This document shows, one piece after another, positions 8,686 through 18,234 of a DNA stretch of 64,000 nucleotides. Position 1 is the first letter of the stretch, and each line of letters opens with the position of its first letter. This DNA comes from Escherichia phage ELT1: the sequence record MZ892903.1. One strand, 5' to 3'. A program made the position numbers and the translations under genes. The notes under the pieces were generated by a model. It did not search any database, had not been told where the DNA came from, and saw only the letters and a program-made list of their open reading frames with translations.

Positions 8686-9212
8686 GCTCATCCATTCTTT
8701 ACGAAGGTCAGCGTTATCTCCCATGAGCATTTCAAAAAGCTCTTTCCAATTCTCAGGAAGTTTAACAACATCATAAACTGGGTTCTGAATCATTTCACGG
8801 TATTCAGATTTTTCCAAAGAGCCAAGTCCCTTAATATAACGGATGCTATGTTTAGGTAGAGCATCTTTGGCACTCTCATATTCAGCGACTGTATAAAACC
8901 ATTCTTGTTTTTTACCGACCTGAGCGATGATTACAGGAGTTTTGACAAAGCGAATTCTTCCTTGTTCAAACAGTTCTGGCCAATTACTAAAAAATCCGAG
9001 CAGAGAAGGATAAATAGAACCTAATCCAATAATCTCTTAATTATGAGGTATTTCAATGGATAGCCCGAAGGCTATCCATCGTGATCTGCGTCTGTCATAA
9101 TAGCGACATTCGCATAGTTCATTGAAGAGGATTTAATAGAACGACGAACATTGTTCTGCAATTTATATTTTTTCATATCAACGCTAGAAGAATCAATTTT
9201 TACAAATTTCAT
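8680..9212 (-). CDS. 60: topoisomerase II subunit gp60 with 50-nt translational bypass; coding = complement(join(8683..9024,9075..9212)), 160 aa
   Basis: codons 1-46 MKFVKIDSS...IMTDADHDG end GGA then TAG; translation resumes after landing GGA with LGSIYPSLLGFFSNWPELFEQGRIRF...WMSQ. Confidence 0.9.
9025..9077 (-). other. gene 60 bypass element: take-off GGA, UAG stop, stem-loop, 50-nt coding gap, landing GGA
   Basis: minus strand GGA TAG CCTTCGGGCTATCC...ATTATT GGA TTA; 50 nt from after take-off GGA through landing GGA. Confidence 0.9.
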
Positions 9213-10011
9213 TATACACCTCATAGAACTTTTCATCAGGAATCCAACCGCGTTTAAATTCATTAAATGCTCGGCCGAATAATTTTGAATTCACAGTTAT
9301 ATTATTAACTGATTTCCATTTAGCAACTCCCGTTCGTTTATAATGATCGGGGTCATATTTCGTGACGTACCATTCATATAAATTTGGTATTAATTTTACA
9401 GCCTCTGGATTTGTCGCTGATTTATTATACCATGGTTTCGCTTTTTCAAGTTCAGCTGCTTTTGCAGTAGCAGCAACAGTATTTCCAATACCAACTAATT
9501 TTTCAGCTTTAATGCGTGGATCATTAACATGAAGACGAAAAACTTCGCCTTTTTCATTTTTAAAGCATGTCATGCCTTTAATTCCAGGAAGCTTAACACC
9601 TTTATTAACACCGCACCATTCCTTTGGGTTAAATGATCCTTTAATTAATAAGGCGCATTTACCCGATTTAATACTTCTCATTAAAACTTTATCTTTCATA
9701 AAGTTTTTTGACCATTCAGATACTGCTCTTTGATGGTAAATTCTAGCAATTTCATATAATTTACTAGAACGTAAATATTTTTCAGTGTTTAACATTCTAT
9801 TCATCGCATATGCCATTTCACGATTACGATGAATTTTATATAGTAGAAAATGTGCTAAAAAGTGTTCACGAAAAGTCAGTTTCACCAAATTTTCTTTATC
9901 ATCAGAACCTCCCATTGATCTTGGAAGGATATGGTGAATTTCACCCTTAAATTTAGAAACGCGGGTTTTACCCCGCACTATTAAGTCATTATAGATTTTT
10001 TCGTAATTCAC
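9193..10011 (-). CDS. mobA: HNH homing endonuclease (MobA-like), 272 aa, GTG start
   Basis: HHILPRSMGGSDDKENLVKLTFREHFLAHF HNH motif; lies between 39 and 60, overlapping both. Confidence 0.75.
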   Translation of the reverse strand: MNYEKIYNDLIVRGKTRVSKFKGEIHHILPRSMGGSDDKENLVKLTFREHFLAHFLLYKIHRNREMAYAMNRMLNTEKYLRSSKLYEIARIYHQRAVSEWSKNFMKDKVLMRSIKSGKCALLIKGSFNPKEWCGVNKGVKLPGIKGMTCFKNEKGEVFRLHVNDPRIKAEKLVGIGNTVAATAKAAELEKAKPWYNKSATNPEAVKLIPNLYEWYVTKYDPDHYKRTGVAKWKSVNNITVNSKLFGRAFNEFKRGWIPDEKFYEVYNEICKN

Positions 10012-11539
10012 CTACTGTTATCCATTTACCATTAATCTGTACTTCATCATTTTCATTTACAATAATTGTATCACCATTTAGTTCGAGAGTAAACCACTCA
10101 CCGTCTTCTTTTTCTTCAAACGCCTTTTCACCAAGAACTAATCCAGTGATTGCGCAAATATCAAACAGTTCTTTGTTTTTAAGCATGTCAGCATATGACA
10201 TACCCCAGCTATTAAGAACTTTACCGCGCAATGGATAACCACCATGAAGTTCTTTATCGCGAACATCAATAAGATATCCGATAGCAGAATCACCCTCAGT
10301 CAAGAAAAGAGTAGTGTCAGCATCTTTACCACAAAGATTCGCTTTGATATGTTTATGAACCTTAGCTTTAGAAGCCTTTTTAGCTGCTTTAGTTTCTGCT
10401 GCTTTTTCTGCCGCCAATTTACGAGCCAAAGCAGCTTCAATAATTGGCATTAAAATTGCTTCATTATTTAAAATAGCACGTGAAATCTTTTTAGCATCAA
10501 GCTGAATATGACTACGGATTTCACCAAATGGAGAAGTCAAACGCTCTTTAGTTTGAGAATCAAATCGCATGTTTTTCATATCACGAACAAACATAACGAT
10601 AGTCAAACATTCTTTAACACGTGCTTTAGTTACATCAATTTTGAATTTACGTTTGATTTGCGGAATAAGGTCTTCACAAATATCATCCATAACACAGTCA
10701 ATGTGATGGCCACCATTCTTAGTATGAATGTTATTGACGTATGTTAATTGACGAAAACCATCGGGTGAACGACCGACCGCAATAGAACAGTTTTCTTGTT
10801 CTTGAACGATGGCGTGTTCATCATATTGGCGTGCATATTTCTTAAAATTACCCTGAACCTTTTTACCATTAAAGGTAAATTGAATATCAGGATAAACTAC
10901 TGCAAGTGTCTGGAGACGATCTAGTGTAATGTCAAGATAAACTTGGGACAGCTCATTAGTTTCAAATGACATAAAATCAGGAATGAAAGTAACACGAGTT
11001 CCTTTCCATTTTCCAGGAATAGTTTCCCATGATTTATTTTCCATGCCATTTGAACAACGAACTACAATATTATTTTGACCATCACCAGTTTCACCGACAA
11101 ACATCACAGAAAAAATGTTTGTCAAACTAGAACCAACACCATTCATACCGCCAGTGACGCGTTCTTTATCATCACCGAAGTTACCACCTGCTTTTGGAAT
11201 AGTCCAGGCAGCAACTGGACCAGGAATTTCTTCACCGGTAGGTGTTTTGACCATCGCTTGTGGAATACCGCGACCGTTATCTTCAACTGTTACTTGATTG
11301 TTTTTAATAGTAACATTAATTTTATTTGCGAATTTAAACTTAGTACGAATACCTTCATCTACTGAGTTATCGATAATTTCATCAATAAGCTTAACAAGAC
11401 CAGGTACATACTGAACACTTTCCCATTTACCAAACAGAAAGCGCTCATGCATTTCATTAGCAGAAGAGCCAATATACATGCCGCTACGCTTTTTGATATG
11501 TTCAATATCGCTCAGAATTTTAATTTCATTCTTAATCAT
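9989..11539 (-). CDS. 39: DNA topoisomerase II large subunit (GyrB-like ATPase), 516 aa
   Basis: ORF trimmed to MIKNEIKILSDIEHIKK... ATG with GAGGA RBS; matches recalled T4 gp39. Confidence 0.95.
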   Translation of the reverse strand: MIKNEIKILSDIEHIKKRSGMYIGSSANEMHERFLFGKWESVQYVPGLVKLIDEIIDNSVDEGIRTKFKFANKINVTIKNNQVTVEDNGRGIPQAMVKTPTGEEIPGPVAAWTIPKAGGNFGDDKERVTGGMNGVGSSLTNIFSVMFVGETGDGQNNIVVRCSNGMENKSWETIPGKWKGTRVTFIPDFMSFETNELSQVYLDITLDRLQTLAVVYPDIQFTFNGKKVQGNFKKYARQYDEHAIVQEQENCSIAVGRSPDGFRQLTYVNNIHTKNGGHHIDCVMDDICEDLIPQIKRKFKIDVTKARVKECLTIVMFVRDMKNMRFDSQTKERLTSPFGEIRSHIQLDAKKISRAILNNEAILMPIIEAALARKLAAEKAAETKAAKKASKAKVHKHIKANLCGKDADTTLFLTEGDSAIGYLIDVRDKELHGGYPLRGKVLNSWGMSYADMLKNKELFDICAITGLVLGEKAFEEKEDGEWFTLELNGDTIIVNENDEVQINGKWITVGELRKNL

Positions 11540-11566
11540 CACTTATCCTCGTTTGGTTTCGGGAAT

Positions 11567-11592
11567 ATTATACTCCGGTAATCATAAAGCTA
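11567..11592 (-). promoter_or_regulatory. middle-promoter-like element upstream of gene 39
   Basis: minus strand AGCTTTA (MotA-box-like) about 12 nt upstream of TATAAT. Confidence 0.35.
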
Positions 11593-11608
11593 AAGGCCCG
11601 AAGGCCTT
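11592..11608 (-). terminator. terminator-like hairpin
   Basis: GGCCCGAAGGCC stem-tetraloop then T-run, 3' of ORF 11609-11869. Confidence 0.45.
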
Positions 11609-11869
11609 TTATTTAAAACGAATAGTCGAATCCTTGAAGAATAGTCCAGAACATACTGTTCCTTCTACTTTCTGCCCAGTAGGTCCAATAGCACGAAATC
11701 CAGTATGCTGGAAATCATTTTCAGAGCAACCGAACCAATTATATCCAGTGATTTCAATATTAGTAAAACCGCTTGAAGACAAAACTTTGGTTGCATTATC
11801 AGCATCAGTACATCCTACTAAAGATACTGCTAATACTAATGCTGCGATAGAACGATTAACATATTTCAT
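11609..11869 (-). CDS. predicted lipoprotein, 86 aa
   Basis: signal peptide with lipobox LVGC. Confidence 0.5.
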   Translation of the reverse strand: MKYVNRSIAALVLAVSLVGCTDADNATKVLSSSGFTNIEITGYNWFGCSENDFQHTGFRAIGPTGQKVEGTVCSGLFFKDSTIRFK

Positions 11870-11871
11870 AA

Positions 11872-12048
11872 TTACCCTTTAAGTAAGTCGTAAAATCCAC
11901 CGTTCACATGCTTAGGAGCGGAAACTAACCGAATAGCAATCCGATGACAATCAGGACATACATCAGTATCCCTTTCAGAAATTTTCTTGATTTTTTCGTA
12001 TTCTTTTGCACAGTCTTTGGATTGACATTTATAATCATAAAGAGGCAT
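11872..12048 (-). CDS. zinc-ribbon protein, 58 aa
   Basis: own translation MPLYDYKCQSKDCAKEYEKI...CPDCHRIAI; two CxxC pairs. Confidence 0.45.
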   Translation of the reverse strand: MPLYDYKCQSKDCAKEYEKIKKISERDTDVCPDCHRIAIRLVSAPKHVNGGFYDLLKG

Positions 12049-12050
12049 AA

Positions 12051-12476
12051 TTATTCCTTAAAGTGAGCTTTCAACATCTGATACAAAGACCATGCCTGTT
12101 CATTATTTTCAATAGTAACTTTCATGACAGGAAATTCTGTGAAATCTTCTATTTGTTCTTGCTCTTTCTCTTCCTGCTCTTGCTCTTCAGCTGCCTGGTA
12201 TGGATTTTCAACTTCATCAAAGAATTCAGCTTCGCTAGTAGAAAGCCAAATAAAATCTTCATCCAAAATATCTTTACCGGAGGATAATGCCAATCTTCCA
12301 GTAGATGTCACAATTTTAGTAGGACGACCAAGATAGTCAATATCTATAACTTTAAAAGGTTCCATACCTAAACGTCGTGCATAAATTCCGTTTTCAGTAT
12401 GATATTTAATAAATTTTTCTTGAGCTTGTTTATTTTTGAATTGATACCATTTATTAACTTCAAATTTAATAGCCAT
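12051..12476 (-). CDS. goF: GoF (comC-alpha)-like protein, 141 aa
   Basis: ORF trimmed to [13 protein letters not shown]...; length and position as T4 goF. Confidence 0.55.
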   Translation of the reverse strand: MAIKFEVNKWYQFKNKQAQEKFIKYHTENGIYARRLGMEPFKVIDIDYLGRPTKIVTSTGRLALSSGKDILDEDFIWLSTSEAEFFDEVENPYQAAEEQEQEEKEQEQIEDFTEFPVMKVTIENNEQAWSLYQMLKAHFKE

Positions 12477-12691
12477 TAATAAATTTCCTTCCAATAAGTT
12501 GTGCCATTTTCAGTAATTTCACGAAATACACCATAAATTGGTTGTTTATCACCGACTTTCTCATACACATAAACAGAAGTCAAGTGAGTAAACTTGCTAG
12601 TATGTTCCTTTTGAACTACTACCAAATTTGGATCAAATAATACATCTTCAAATTCATCATTAGTGCAATTCTGAACAATTTTACGTTTCAT
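12476..12691 (-). CDS. cef: Cef-like protein (modifier of suppressor tRNAs), 71 aa
   Basis: 71-aa ORF in T4 cef position. Confidence 0.55.
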   Translation of the reverse strand: MKRKIVQNCTNDEFEDVLFDPNLVVVQKEHTSKFTHLTSVYVYEKVGDKQPIYGVFREITENGTTYWKEIY

Positions 12692-12799
12692 TACAATTTC
12701 CTCATTAATTAAACATTGGAGCGATGCGTTTCAGAAGAGTATCAGCACCTTTGGCGAATTTCCATTTTATTCTCCAAGTTGTTTTCTGTATCAGTAGTT

Positions 12800-12850
12800 G
12801 ATATTGATATAGTACCATAATCAACTACTGATGTATATAGTTTTATGAAA
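12800..12850 (-). promoter_or_regulatory. promoter-like element with flanking 11-bp inverted repeat
   Basis: -10 ATATAGTACCAT 12807-12818 inside CAGTAGTTGAT...ATCAACTACTG palindrome; -35 degenerate. Confidence 0.3.
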
Positions 12851-12862
12851 AAATTTTAAACT

Positions 12863-13360
12863 TTATGCACAGCGAGCTTTGCTATAGTGTTTAATCCAAC
12901 TTTCAGGAATGACTTTGTATGTTCCTAAAAATACCGCGTTGTACAGCTTAACACCATCTTCTACCCACTGATCGGTAATGTATGCGCACATAGCACGAGT
13001 ACGGCGTTTTTGAACAACCCCTTCCTCATCTTCAGTAAATTCGAATTCATAAGGAGCAATGAACTTAATAGCTTGACCGAGTTTCCACTTAAAGTCTACA
13101 CCTACATGCGAAGTATCAATCGTTTCAATTCCTTTAGCGGGAACAGCTTTCAAAAACGCAGATTCAAGAAATTTCGCGCGAACATAACCAAACTGAGGTT
13201 TAGACTTTCCATCTTTAGGAATGATACGCACTTTTACTTCAGAATCTTCATCTTTAACGCCGTGTTTAAGCTGAATGCTTACAATTTCGACCAATTTTCC
13301 TGCTGCTTTAGAGCGGGATTTATCAGATACACGAGCAATTTCACCAATATTAATAATCAT
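12863..13360 (-). CDS. motB: MotB-like protein, 165 aa
   Basis: length and position as T4 motB; shares C-terminal motif with next ORF. Confidence 0.55.
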   Translation of the reverse strand: MIINIGEIARVSDKSRSKAAGKLVEIVSIQLKHGVKDEDSEVKVRIIPKDGKSKPQFGYVRAKFLESAFLKAVPAKGIETIDTSHVGVDFKWKLGQAIKFIAPYEFEFTEDEEGVVQKRRTRAMCAYITDQWVEDGVKLYNAVFLGTYKVIPESWIKHYSKARCA

Positions 13361-13404
13361 AGTTATCTCTCACTTGTTAAAAAGATTTTATACTCCACAG
13401 GACC

Positions 13405-13440
13405 ATTATACTCTGGTCCCAAGAGTTTGTAAACTATTAA
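13405..13440 (-). promoter_or_regulatory. T4-type early promoter
   Basis: GTTTAC (revcomp) 13429-13434, -10 TATACTCT 13407-13414. Confidence 0.4.
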
Positions 13441-13982
13441 TTCAAAATAGCTACCACCGCACTACGAGGTACTACACTAAAATCTCCTGCATGGACAACG
13501 TTCAGAAGCTCAACACCATCTTCAATCCACTGGTCTGTTACCCAACCACAGATAGGATTATCAAAAGGACGACGGATAGACACAGCAGCACACAACAGGT
13601 CTGTAGGGTCTTGTTCTTCAACTTCTTGGAACAGGATGAACTCATCTTCATAAACCAGGTTTTTCTTTATTTTGTTATTATCTAACCGGCGACCGTGGAT
13701 GACGTAAGATTTGTCAAACCACTCACTTTTGGCAAATTCTTCAACAATAAATTCGCCTTCGCCAAAAACATCAGTCAGAGTTTTATGACCAGAAATCAAG
13801 GCATTAGTTTTAATTTTAGGTTCAACCAGTTTGTAGGTTTTGCCGATTTCAATAGCGGTAGTCATAGTAGGTTCCTTAATTTCCAGTGGTTTAACAGGGC
13901 ATACATAAGTGCTTACAACATCAAAATCAATCAGTTTAGCTACCGGATTCGGTGTGTATTCAGGATTATAATTAAATTTCAT
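13437..13982 (-). CDS. MotB paralog, 181 aa
   Basis: C-terminus VTDQWIEDGVELLNVVH resembles motB ITDQWVEDGVKLYNAVF. Confidence 0.5.
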   Translation of the reverse strand: MKFNYNPEYTPNPVAKLIDFDVVSTYVCPVKPLEIKEPTMTTAIEIGKTYKLVEPKIKTNALISGHKTLTDVFGEGEFIVEEFAKSEWFDKSYVIHGRRLDNNKIKKNLVYEDEFILFQEVEEQDPTDLLCAAVSIRRPFDNPICGWVTDQWIEDGVELLNVVHAGDFSVVPRSAVVAILN

Positions 13983-13984
13983 AA

Positions 13985-14524
13985 TTATCTCATTTCAATA
14001 AAATCTACGAGTTCAGCATGCGATTTGCGGAACATTACTTGGTGCCCACCAATGATAACTTCATCTTCAGGAACTTCGTATACAGCGAGATAAAATCCTT
14101 TAGAAGATAATTCTTCCCGCTCTTCTCGTGTGAACCATCTCATCATATCATATTCGCTAGCGAAAGCAAAATGATAAAGACCTATAAACCACCCTGGAAT
14201 ATGATATTCTACTCCAACATAATCTTTCTTGAACTTAGTATTAATTACTATATTAGCGTTTTTAACTAATAGTTTATCTTCGTGTGGTAAAGGAATTCTT
14301 TTATTATTATCGCTATGATGCATAAAATTAGGTCTGTCATAACCTACGTGTAATAGCCACTCTTCGCTCCATGAATCTATTATACTCCTGTATGGCGTTA
14401 TTTGAACACAAAGATTTCGACGTATTGTTATAGCATCTTCATAATTAAGAATACTAAACGATGATTCAACACGATAAATTTTCATTTTATTATCCTCAGT
14501 AGCTATGATGTTATAATACCACAA
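13985..14524 (-). CDS. hypothetical protein, 179 aa
   Basis: ORF track. Confidence 0.45.
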   Translation of the reverse strand: MWYYNIIATEDNKMKIYRVESSFSILNYEDAITIRRNLCVQITPYRSIIDSWSEEWLLHVGYDRPNFMHHSDNNKRIPLPHEDKLLVKNANIVINTKFKKDYVGVEYHIPGWFIGLYHFAFASEYDMMRWFTREEREELSSKGFYLAVYEVPEDEVIIGGHQVMFRKSHAELVDFIEMR

Positions 14525-14545
14525 CTAACCGAGGAAGTAAACAAT
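14505..14545 (-). promoter_or_regulatory. T4-type early promoter
   Basis: GTTTAC (revcomp) 14537-14542, -10 TTATAATACCAC ~14510-14522. Confidence 0.4.
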
Positions 14546-14548
14546 TTT

Positions 14549-15232
14549 TTATCGTTTTGTTGGAAGAGACAGAGGATCGCACTCTTCCTCTGATGGAGTA
14601 TCTTCAAGACCCATAGCGTATCGCAAAGCATACTTCATCATCAGGATGTCTTTCGCACAGTCATGAATAGAATTATGCGCAACAAATCCATCTAAAGTTC
14701 CCTTTGGAAGGGGGCATGTTGTCATATCACGAACAAGCAGAAGTGCTTCAATTCTGGTACGAATATCACGCTGATTCCAGAATTTACATGGTTCTAACTT
14801 AAATGTGTCAAGCTCATTCTCAGATACACCATTAAGGCGTTGAATATCACGAATGAGATCGACTAAAATTGGAAAATCAAACGACATTCCACGGCACCAG
14901 CCTTGAGATTTCCAAGGATCGATATTATGTGCATTGATGTAATCATTAAATTTTGCAATACCATCGATAGTGCTTACATCTTCATCTGATGGTGCAATAT
15001 TTTTTCTAGCTTCAGGTGATTGATTTTTCCACCATTCGATAGTACTTTTAGTAAAAAGACGATGTCCTTTTTGGCTTTTTAAATCAAACTTGATTTTAAT
15101 GCCGCGTGAAACTAATTCATCAAATGTTTCAATCACTTCTGGGTTAGGGTCAAAGGCAATAACAGCCAAATCAATAACGGCTGCTTTTTCACCACTTCCC
15201 ATTGTTTCAAAATCTATAATAAAATCAAACAT
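14549..15232 (-). CDS. dexA: exonuclease A (DEDD-type 3'-5' exonuclease), 227 aa
   Basis: 227-aa ORF matches recalled T4 DexA. Confidence 0.85.
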   Translation of the reverse strand: MFDFIIDFETMGSGEKAAVIDLAVIAFDPNPEVIETFDELVSRGIKIKFDLKSQKGHRLFTKSTIEWWKNQSPEARKNIAPSDEDVSTIDGIAKFNDYINAHNIDPWKSQGWCRGMSFDFPILVDLIRDIQRLNGVSENELDTFKLEPCKFWNQRDIRTRIEALLLVRDMTTCPLPKGTLDGFVAHNSIHDCAKDILMMKYALRYAMGLEDTPSEEECDPLSLPTKR

Positions 15233-15507
15233 TAAATTTTCCTTGCTAAATCGCGAATTTGACCTACAGTATAGTCTTGAATATAAACTTTATTAATGGG
15301 CTCATCAATAAATTTTGCCACAGATTCAATGTCTTTTTGTATCTCTTCAAGACTGTATACTATCTTTGAAGCTTTTTCGCGAATAGTAATATTTTCAGGA
15401 CCTGGATTTTCTTCAATGACATCTTTAACATTTGTTATAAGAGATTTAAACTGCCACCAACTTAATTCAATCATTAATAACCGCCTTATAAAGATAGCTA
15501 ATTTCAC
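15232..15507 (-). CDS. hypothetical protein, 91 aa
   Basis: ORF track. Confidence 0.45.
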   Translation of the reverse strand: MKLAIFIRRLLMIELSWWQFKSLITNVKDVIEENPGPENITIREKASKIVYSLEEIQKDIESVAKFIDEPINKVYIQDYTVGQIRDLARKI

Positions 15508-15727
15508 CTAAAATATAATCACTGATTGTAACAGTTTTTACTTCACCACAAAAGAATTCTAACGCAATTAAATCTCGTTCAATTTCTTCTAATTGAAGCA
15601 TCAACTTACTAGATTCAGTTTTCACATTTTTGCGATTTTTGCTATAAGCTATTTCATAAATTTCGCTTACTTTATCTTGAAGAAAATAAAACTGATCTTT
15701 AGTTATTTCCACGAATAGCTTCCTCAA
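15467..15727 (-). CDS. hypothetical protein, 86 aa
   Basis: ORF track. Confidence 0.45.
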   Translation of the reverse strand: MRKLFVEITKDQFYFLQDKVSEIYEIAYSKNRKNVKTESSKLMLQLEEIERDLIALEFFCGEVKTVTISDYILGEISYLYKAVIND

Positions 15728-15733
15728 ATTTAA

Positions 15734-17053
15734 TCATACATAAAATACATCATAACGACCACGGGTAACACCAACATAAAGAAGTTGTTGGGCCAATTCA
15801 GCATCTGCATAATGAATACAAGGCGTATAAATGAAAGCACGGTCTACAGACATACCCTGAGCTTTATGGAATGTTGATGCAGGAAGTGCTTTCACTTTAC
15901 TGAACTGTGATTTAGCATCCCAAAAATCACTCCAAGGTGCTTTTCCGCCTTTATTCCAGTTCTTATAAGTTTCTGCCGTTTTACCTAAAAATAGGTTAAA
16001 CTTATATAGCTCTTCATCAGATGAAATTATTTTAATCTTTTCACGATAATATTCATCATCGCCGTAAGTTTCTACTGTTAAATCCCAATGACGAATTAGA
16101 TATTCTCCAGAAACACCACGAGCTTTAACAAATGTTGATGTATACTCTGCTTCTATAATACGAACTAATTGTCCGTTATTAAAAATAATTTCTGACACAG
16201 GCTTTCCATCAATTTTATATGTTTTAATTAATGGTTCCTGCATTACAATAATTTCACCGACAATAAAATCTTTATCAGTTTCAAAAATCTTTTTACGAAT
16301 AATGCTATTTAACTTATCAACAGATTTATTCGTAAATGCCATTACACGATTTTCAAACAAATCATCTAAAGATTTTACGATTGAAAAATAATTTACCATA
16401 AAATCGCGTAAAGCGGTATCACCAGTAAATCCACGTACTCCATGACCGTCAACAATTTTATCATAAATCCACTTACCGTTACGAACATCAGTAGCTACAT
16501 CAATAATAGGAGCATTACTGCGTTTAACTTCAGTAAGTTCACACTGATAAAAATCTTTGTGTGTAAAGAATGGACTGATATAAGCAGTATTTTCTCCTGG
16601 GTCAACAGGTCTAATTTGCTTATTATCGCCTATTCCAATTATAGTACACCATGGCGGGATAGTTGAAAGCAGAATTTTAAATAGCTTTCTATCATACATT
16701 GACACTTCATCGCAGATTAATACCCTGCATTTAGCTAAATCTGGTACTTCCTTCTGTTCAAAAAGAACGTTTTCTTCATATGTTACTGGGTTAATTTTGA
16801 GAATACTGTGAATAGTACTCGCTTCTTTCCCTGATAGTTTTGAAAGAATCTTTTTAGCTGCATGAGTAGGAGCTGCTAAAATAATGCCAGTTTCGCCCGT
16901 AGATATTAAGGCTTCAATGATGAACTTAGTAAGAGTAGTCTTACCGGTACCAGCAGGTCCATTAATAGTTACATGATGTTTCTTTTCTTTGATAGCCCTC
17001 ATAACGATGTTAAAGGCATTTTTCTGGCCTTCGGTCAAATCATCAAATGTCAT
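15734..17053 (-). CDS. dda: Dda SF1 DNA helicase, 439 aa
   Basis: Walker A GPAGTGKT; sequence and length match recalled T4 Dda. Confidence 0.95.
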   Translation of the reverse strand: MTFDDLTEGQKNAFNIVMRAIKEKKHHVTINGPAGTGKTTLTKFIIEALISTGETGIILAAPTHAAKKILSKLSGKEASTIHSILKINPVTYEENVLFEQKEVPDLAKCRVLICDEVSMYDRKLFKILLSTIPPWCTIIGIGDNKQIRPVDPGENTAYISPFFTHKDFYQCELTEVKRSNAPIIDVATDVRNGKWIYDKIVDGHGVRGFTGDTALRDFMVNYFSIVKSLDDLFENRVMAFTNKSVDKLNSIIRKKIFETDKDFIVGEIIVMQEPLIKTYKIDGKPVSEIIFNNGQLVRIIEAEYTSTFVKARGVSGEYLIRHWDLTVETYGDDEYYREKIKIISSDEELYKFNLFLGKTAETYKNWNKGGKAPWSDFWDAKSQFSKVKALPASTFHKAQGMSVDRAFIYTPCIHYADAELAQQLLYVGVTRGRYDVFYV

Positions 17054-17361
17054 CGTAAATTCCCTGCAATTGGTATACTAACAATACGCCCAGTATCTAA
17101 AATTCGCCGATATAATCTTTGTGTGTCTACATCAGGCTTAACATGTTTAACTTCTATTTTATTAAACCAAAACTTGCGTGGAGTCTCAACTAGTCTTGGA
17201 ATTCCCATACCTAAAGCTAGTCGATACTGCTCTTTAAGAGTGGTAAATACTTTATCAGCAATCTCCCTTTCAAAAAATACAGCAGGGCGATGTTCATCAA
17301 GCGGAACTGGCGCCGTAAATCCGTCTTTGTCTCGGTAAACTATCGCATATACATAAACCAT
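17050..17361 (-). CDS. hypothetical protein, 103 aa
   Basis: ORF track. Confidence 0.45.
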   Translation of the reverse strand: MVYVYAIVYRDKDGFTAPVPLDEHRPAVFFEREIADKVFTTLKEQYRLALGMGIPRLVETPRKFWFNKIEVKHVKPDVDTQRLYRRILDTGRIVSIPIAGNLR

Positions 17362-17362
17362 A

Positions 17363-18109
17363 TTATCCTCGGATAAGTTTAAAAATTGAACAATTCAGCG
17401 GATATCCTCTTTTCAGTTTGAGTTTATCAATAAATGATAAGTTTTGAAACCGCTCTACACCTTGAATAATTTTATCACACATATCATATTGCATTTCTGC
17501 TTCTGACAACTTTTTCACAGTTTTCCAATCCGAGCCTTTAAGAAGAACGTTCAATTTAACAACTTCAGCGCCTTCTGCTATGCGAGAACCATCAATACGA
17601 GCTTTAAGTGCTATAATCGTTAGCTTAACGTCAGAAGTTTGTTTTGATTTAGAAAGCTGAGAAATGTGTTCAATTCGGTTTTCACGTTTTTTCTGTATAG
17701 CTTTAATTTGATTATAAGTCTTTTTGATTTTAGCCCATTTCTTTTCATCTAAATTTAGTTTATGAACTTTTTTCGCAGATGAACGACCAATTCGCAAAGC
17801 AAATAAATCACGCTTTTCAATCAACTCTTCTAAAGTATAATCAGAACGAAATGTATTATACTTTTTCTTTACTGCAATAACATTCCCTTTAATGTATCCA
17901 ACGTTATTATCAAAACGTTCTAATGATAATTTCTCTCCTTCAATACGATTATCAAAAGGTTCTCCCGAGTAAGCACAAACTTTTTGATCTAAAATGTTCT
18001 TAATGTAATTGAAGTCTAAGTTAAAATCTTTAGAACGTCTTTTTGCAGATGCCTGAGTATGCTCTAGACGACGTGTAATTTTACGAATTTGATTTTTAGA
18101 CAGTTTCAT
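17363..18109 (-). CDS. srd: Srd-like protein, 248 aa
   Basis: length and position between dda and modA as T4 srd. Confidence 0.55.
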   Translation of the reverse strand: MKLSKNQIRKITRRLEHTQASAKRRSKDFNLDFNYIKNILDQKVCAYSGEPFDNRIEGEKLSLERFDNNVGYIKGNVIAVKKKYNTFRSDYTLEELIEKRDLFALRIGRSSAKKVHKLNLDEKKWAKIKKTYNQIKAIQKKRENRIEHISQLSKSKQTSDVKLTIIALKARIDGSRIAEGAEVVKLNVLLKGSDWKTVKKLSEAEMQYDMCDKIIQGVERFQNLSFIDKLKLKRGYPLNCSIFKLIRG

Positions 18110-18234
18110 ATTTTTCTCACATCTTACGGACGATTTAATACTTTATTACTATAACATTTTTACCTTAACTTGTAAACAACTTTATGTAAAAATGCTTTAA
18201 AACTTTCGTGGTATAATGAATCTAAGTCCTTCCA

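Noticed and set aside
9058-9077. GC hairpin resembling a terminator
   Set aside because: It lies inside gene 60 at the take-off codon and is the bypass stem-loop, not a transcription terminator.
9072-9263. 63-aa ORF listed as an independent gene
   Set aside because: It is the 5' segment of gene 60 with a spurious upstream extension; the true start is the internal MKFVKID Met and the stop is the bypass take-off site.
11539-11542. GTG-initiated Met one codon upstream of gene 39 ATG
   Set aside because: The adjacent ATG has better RBS spacing and gives the 516-aa product length recalled for T4 gp39.
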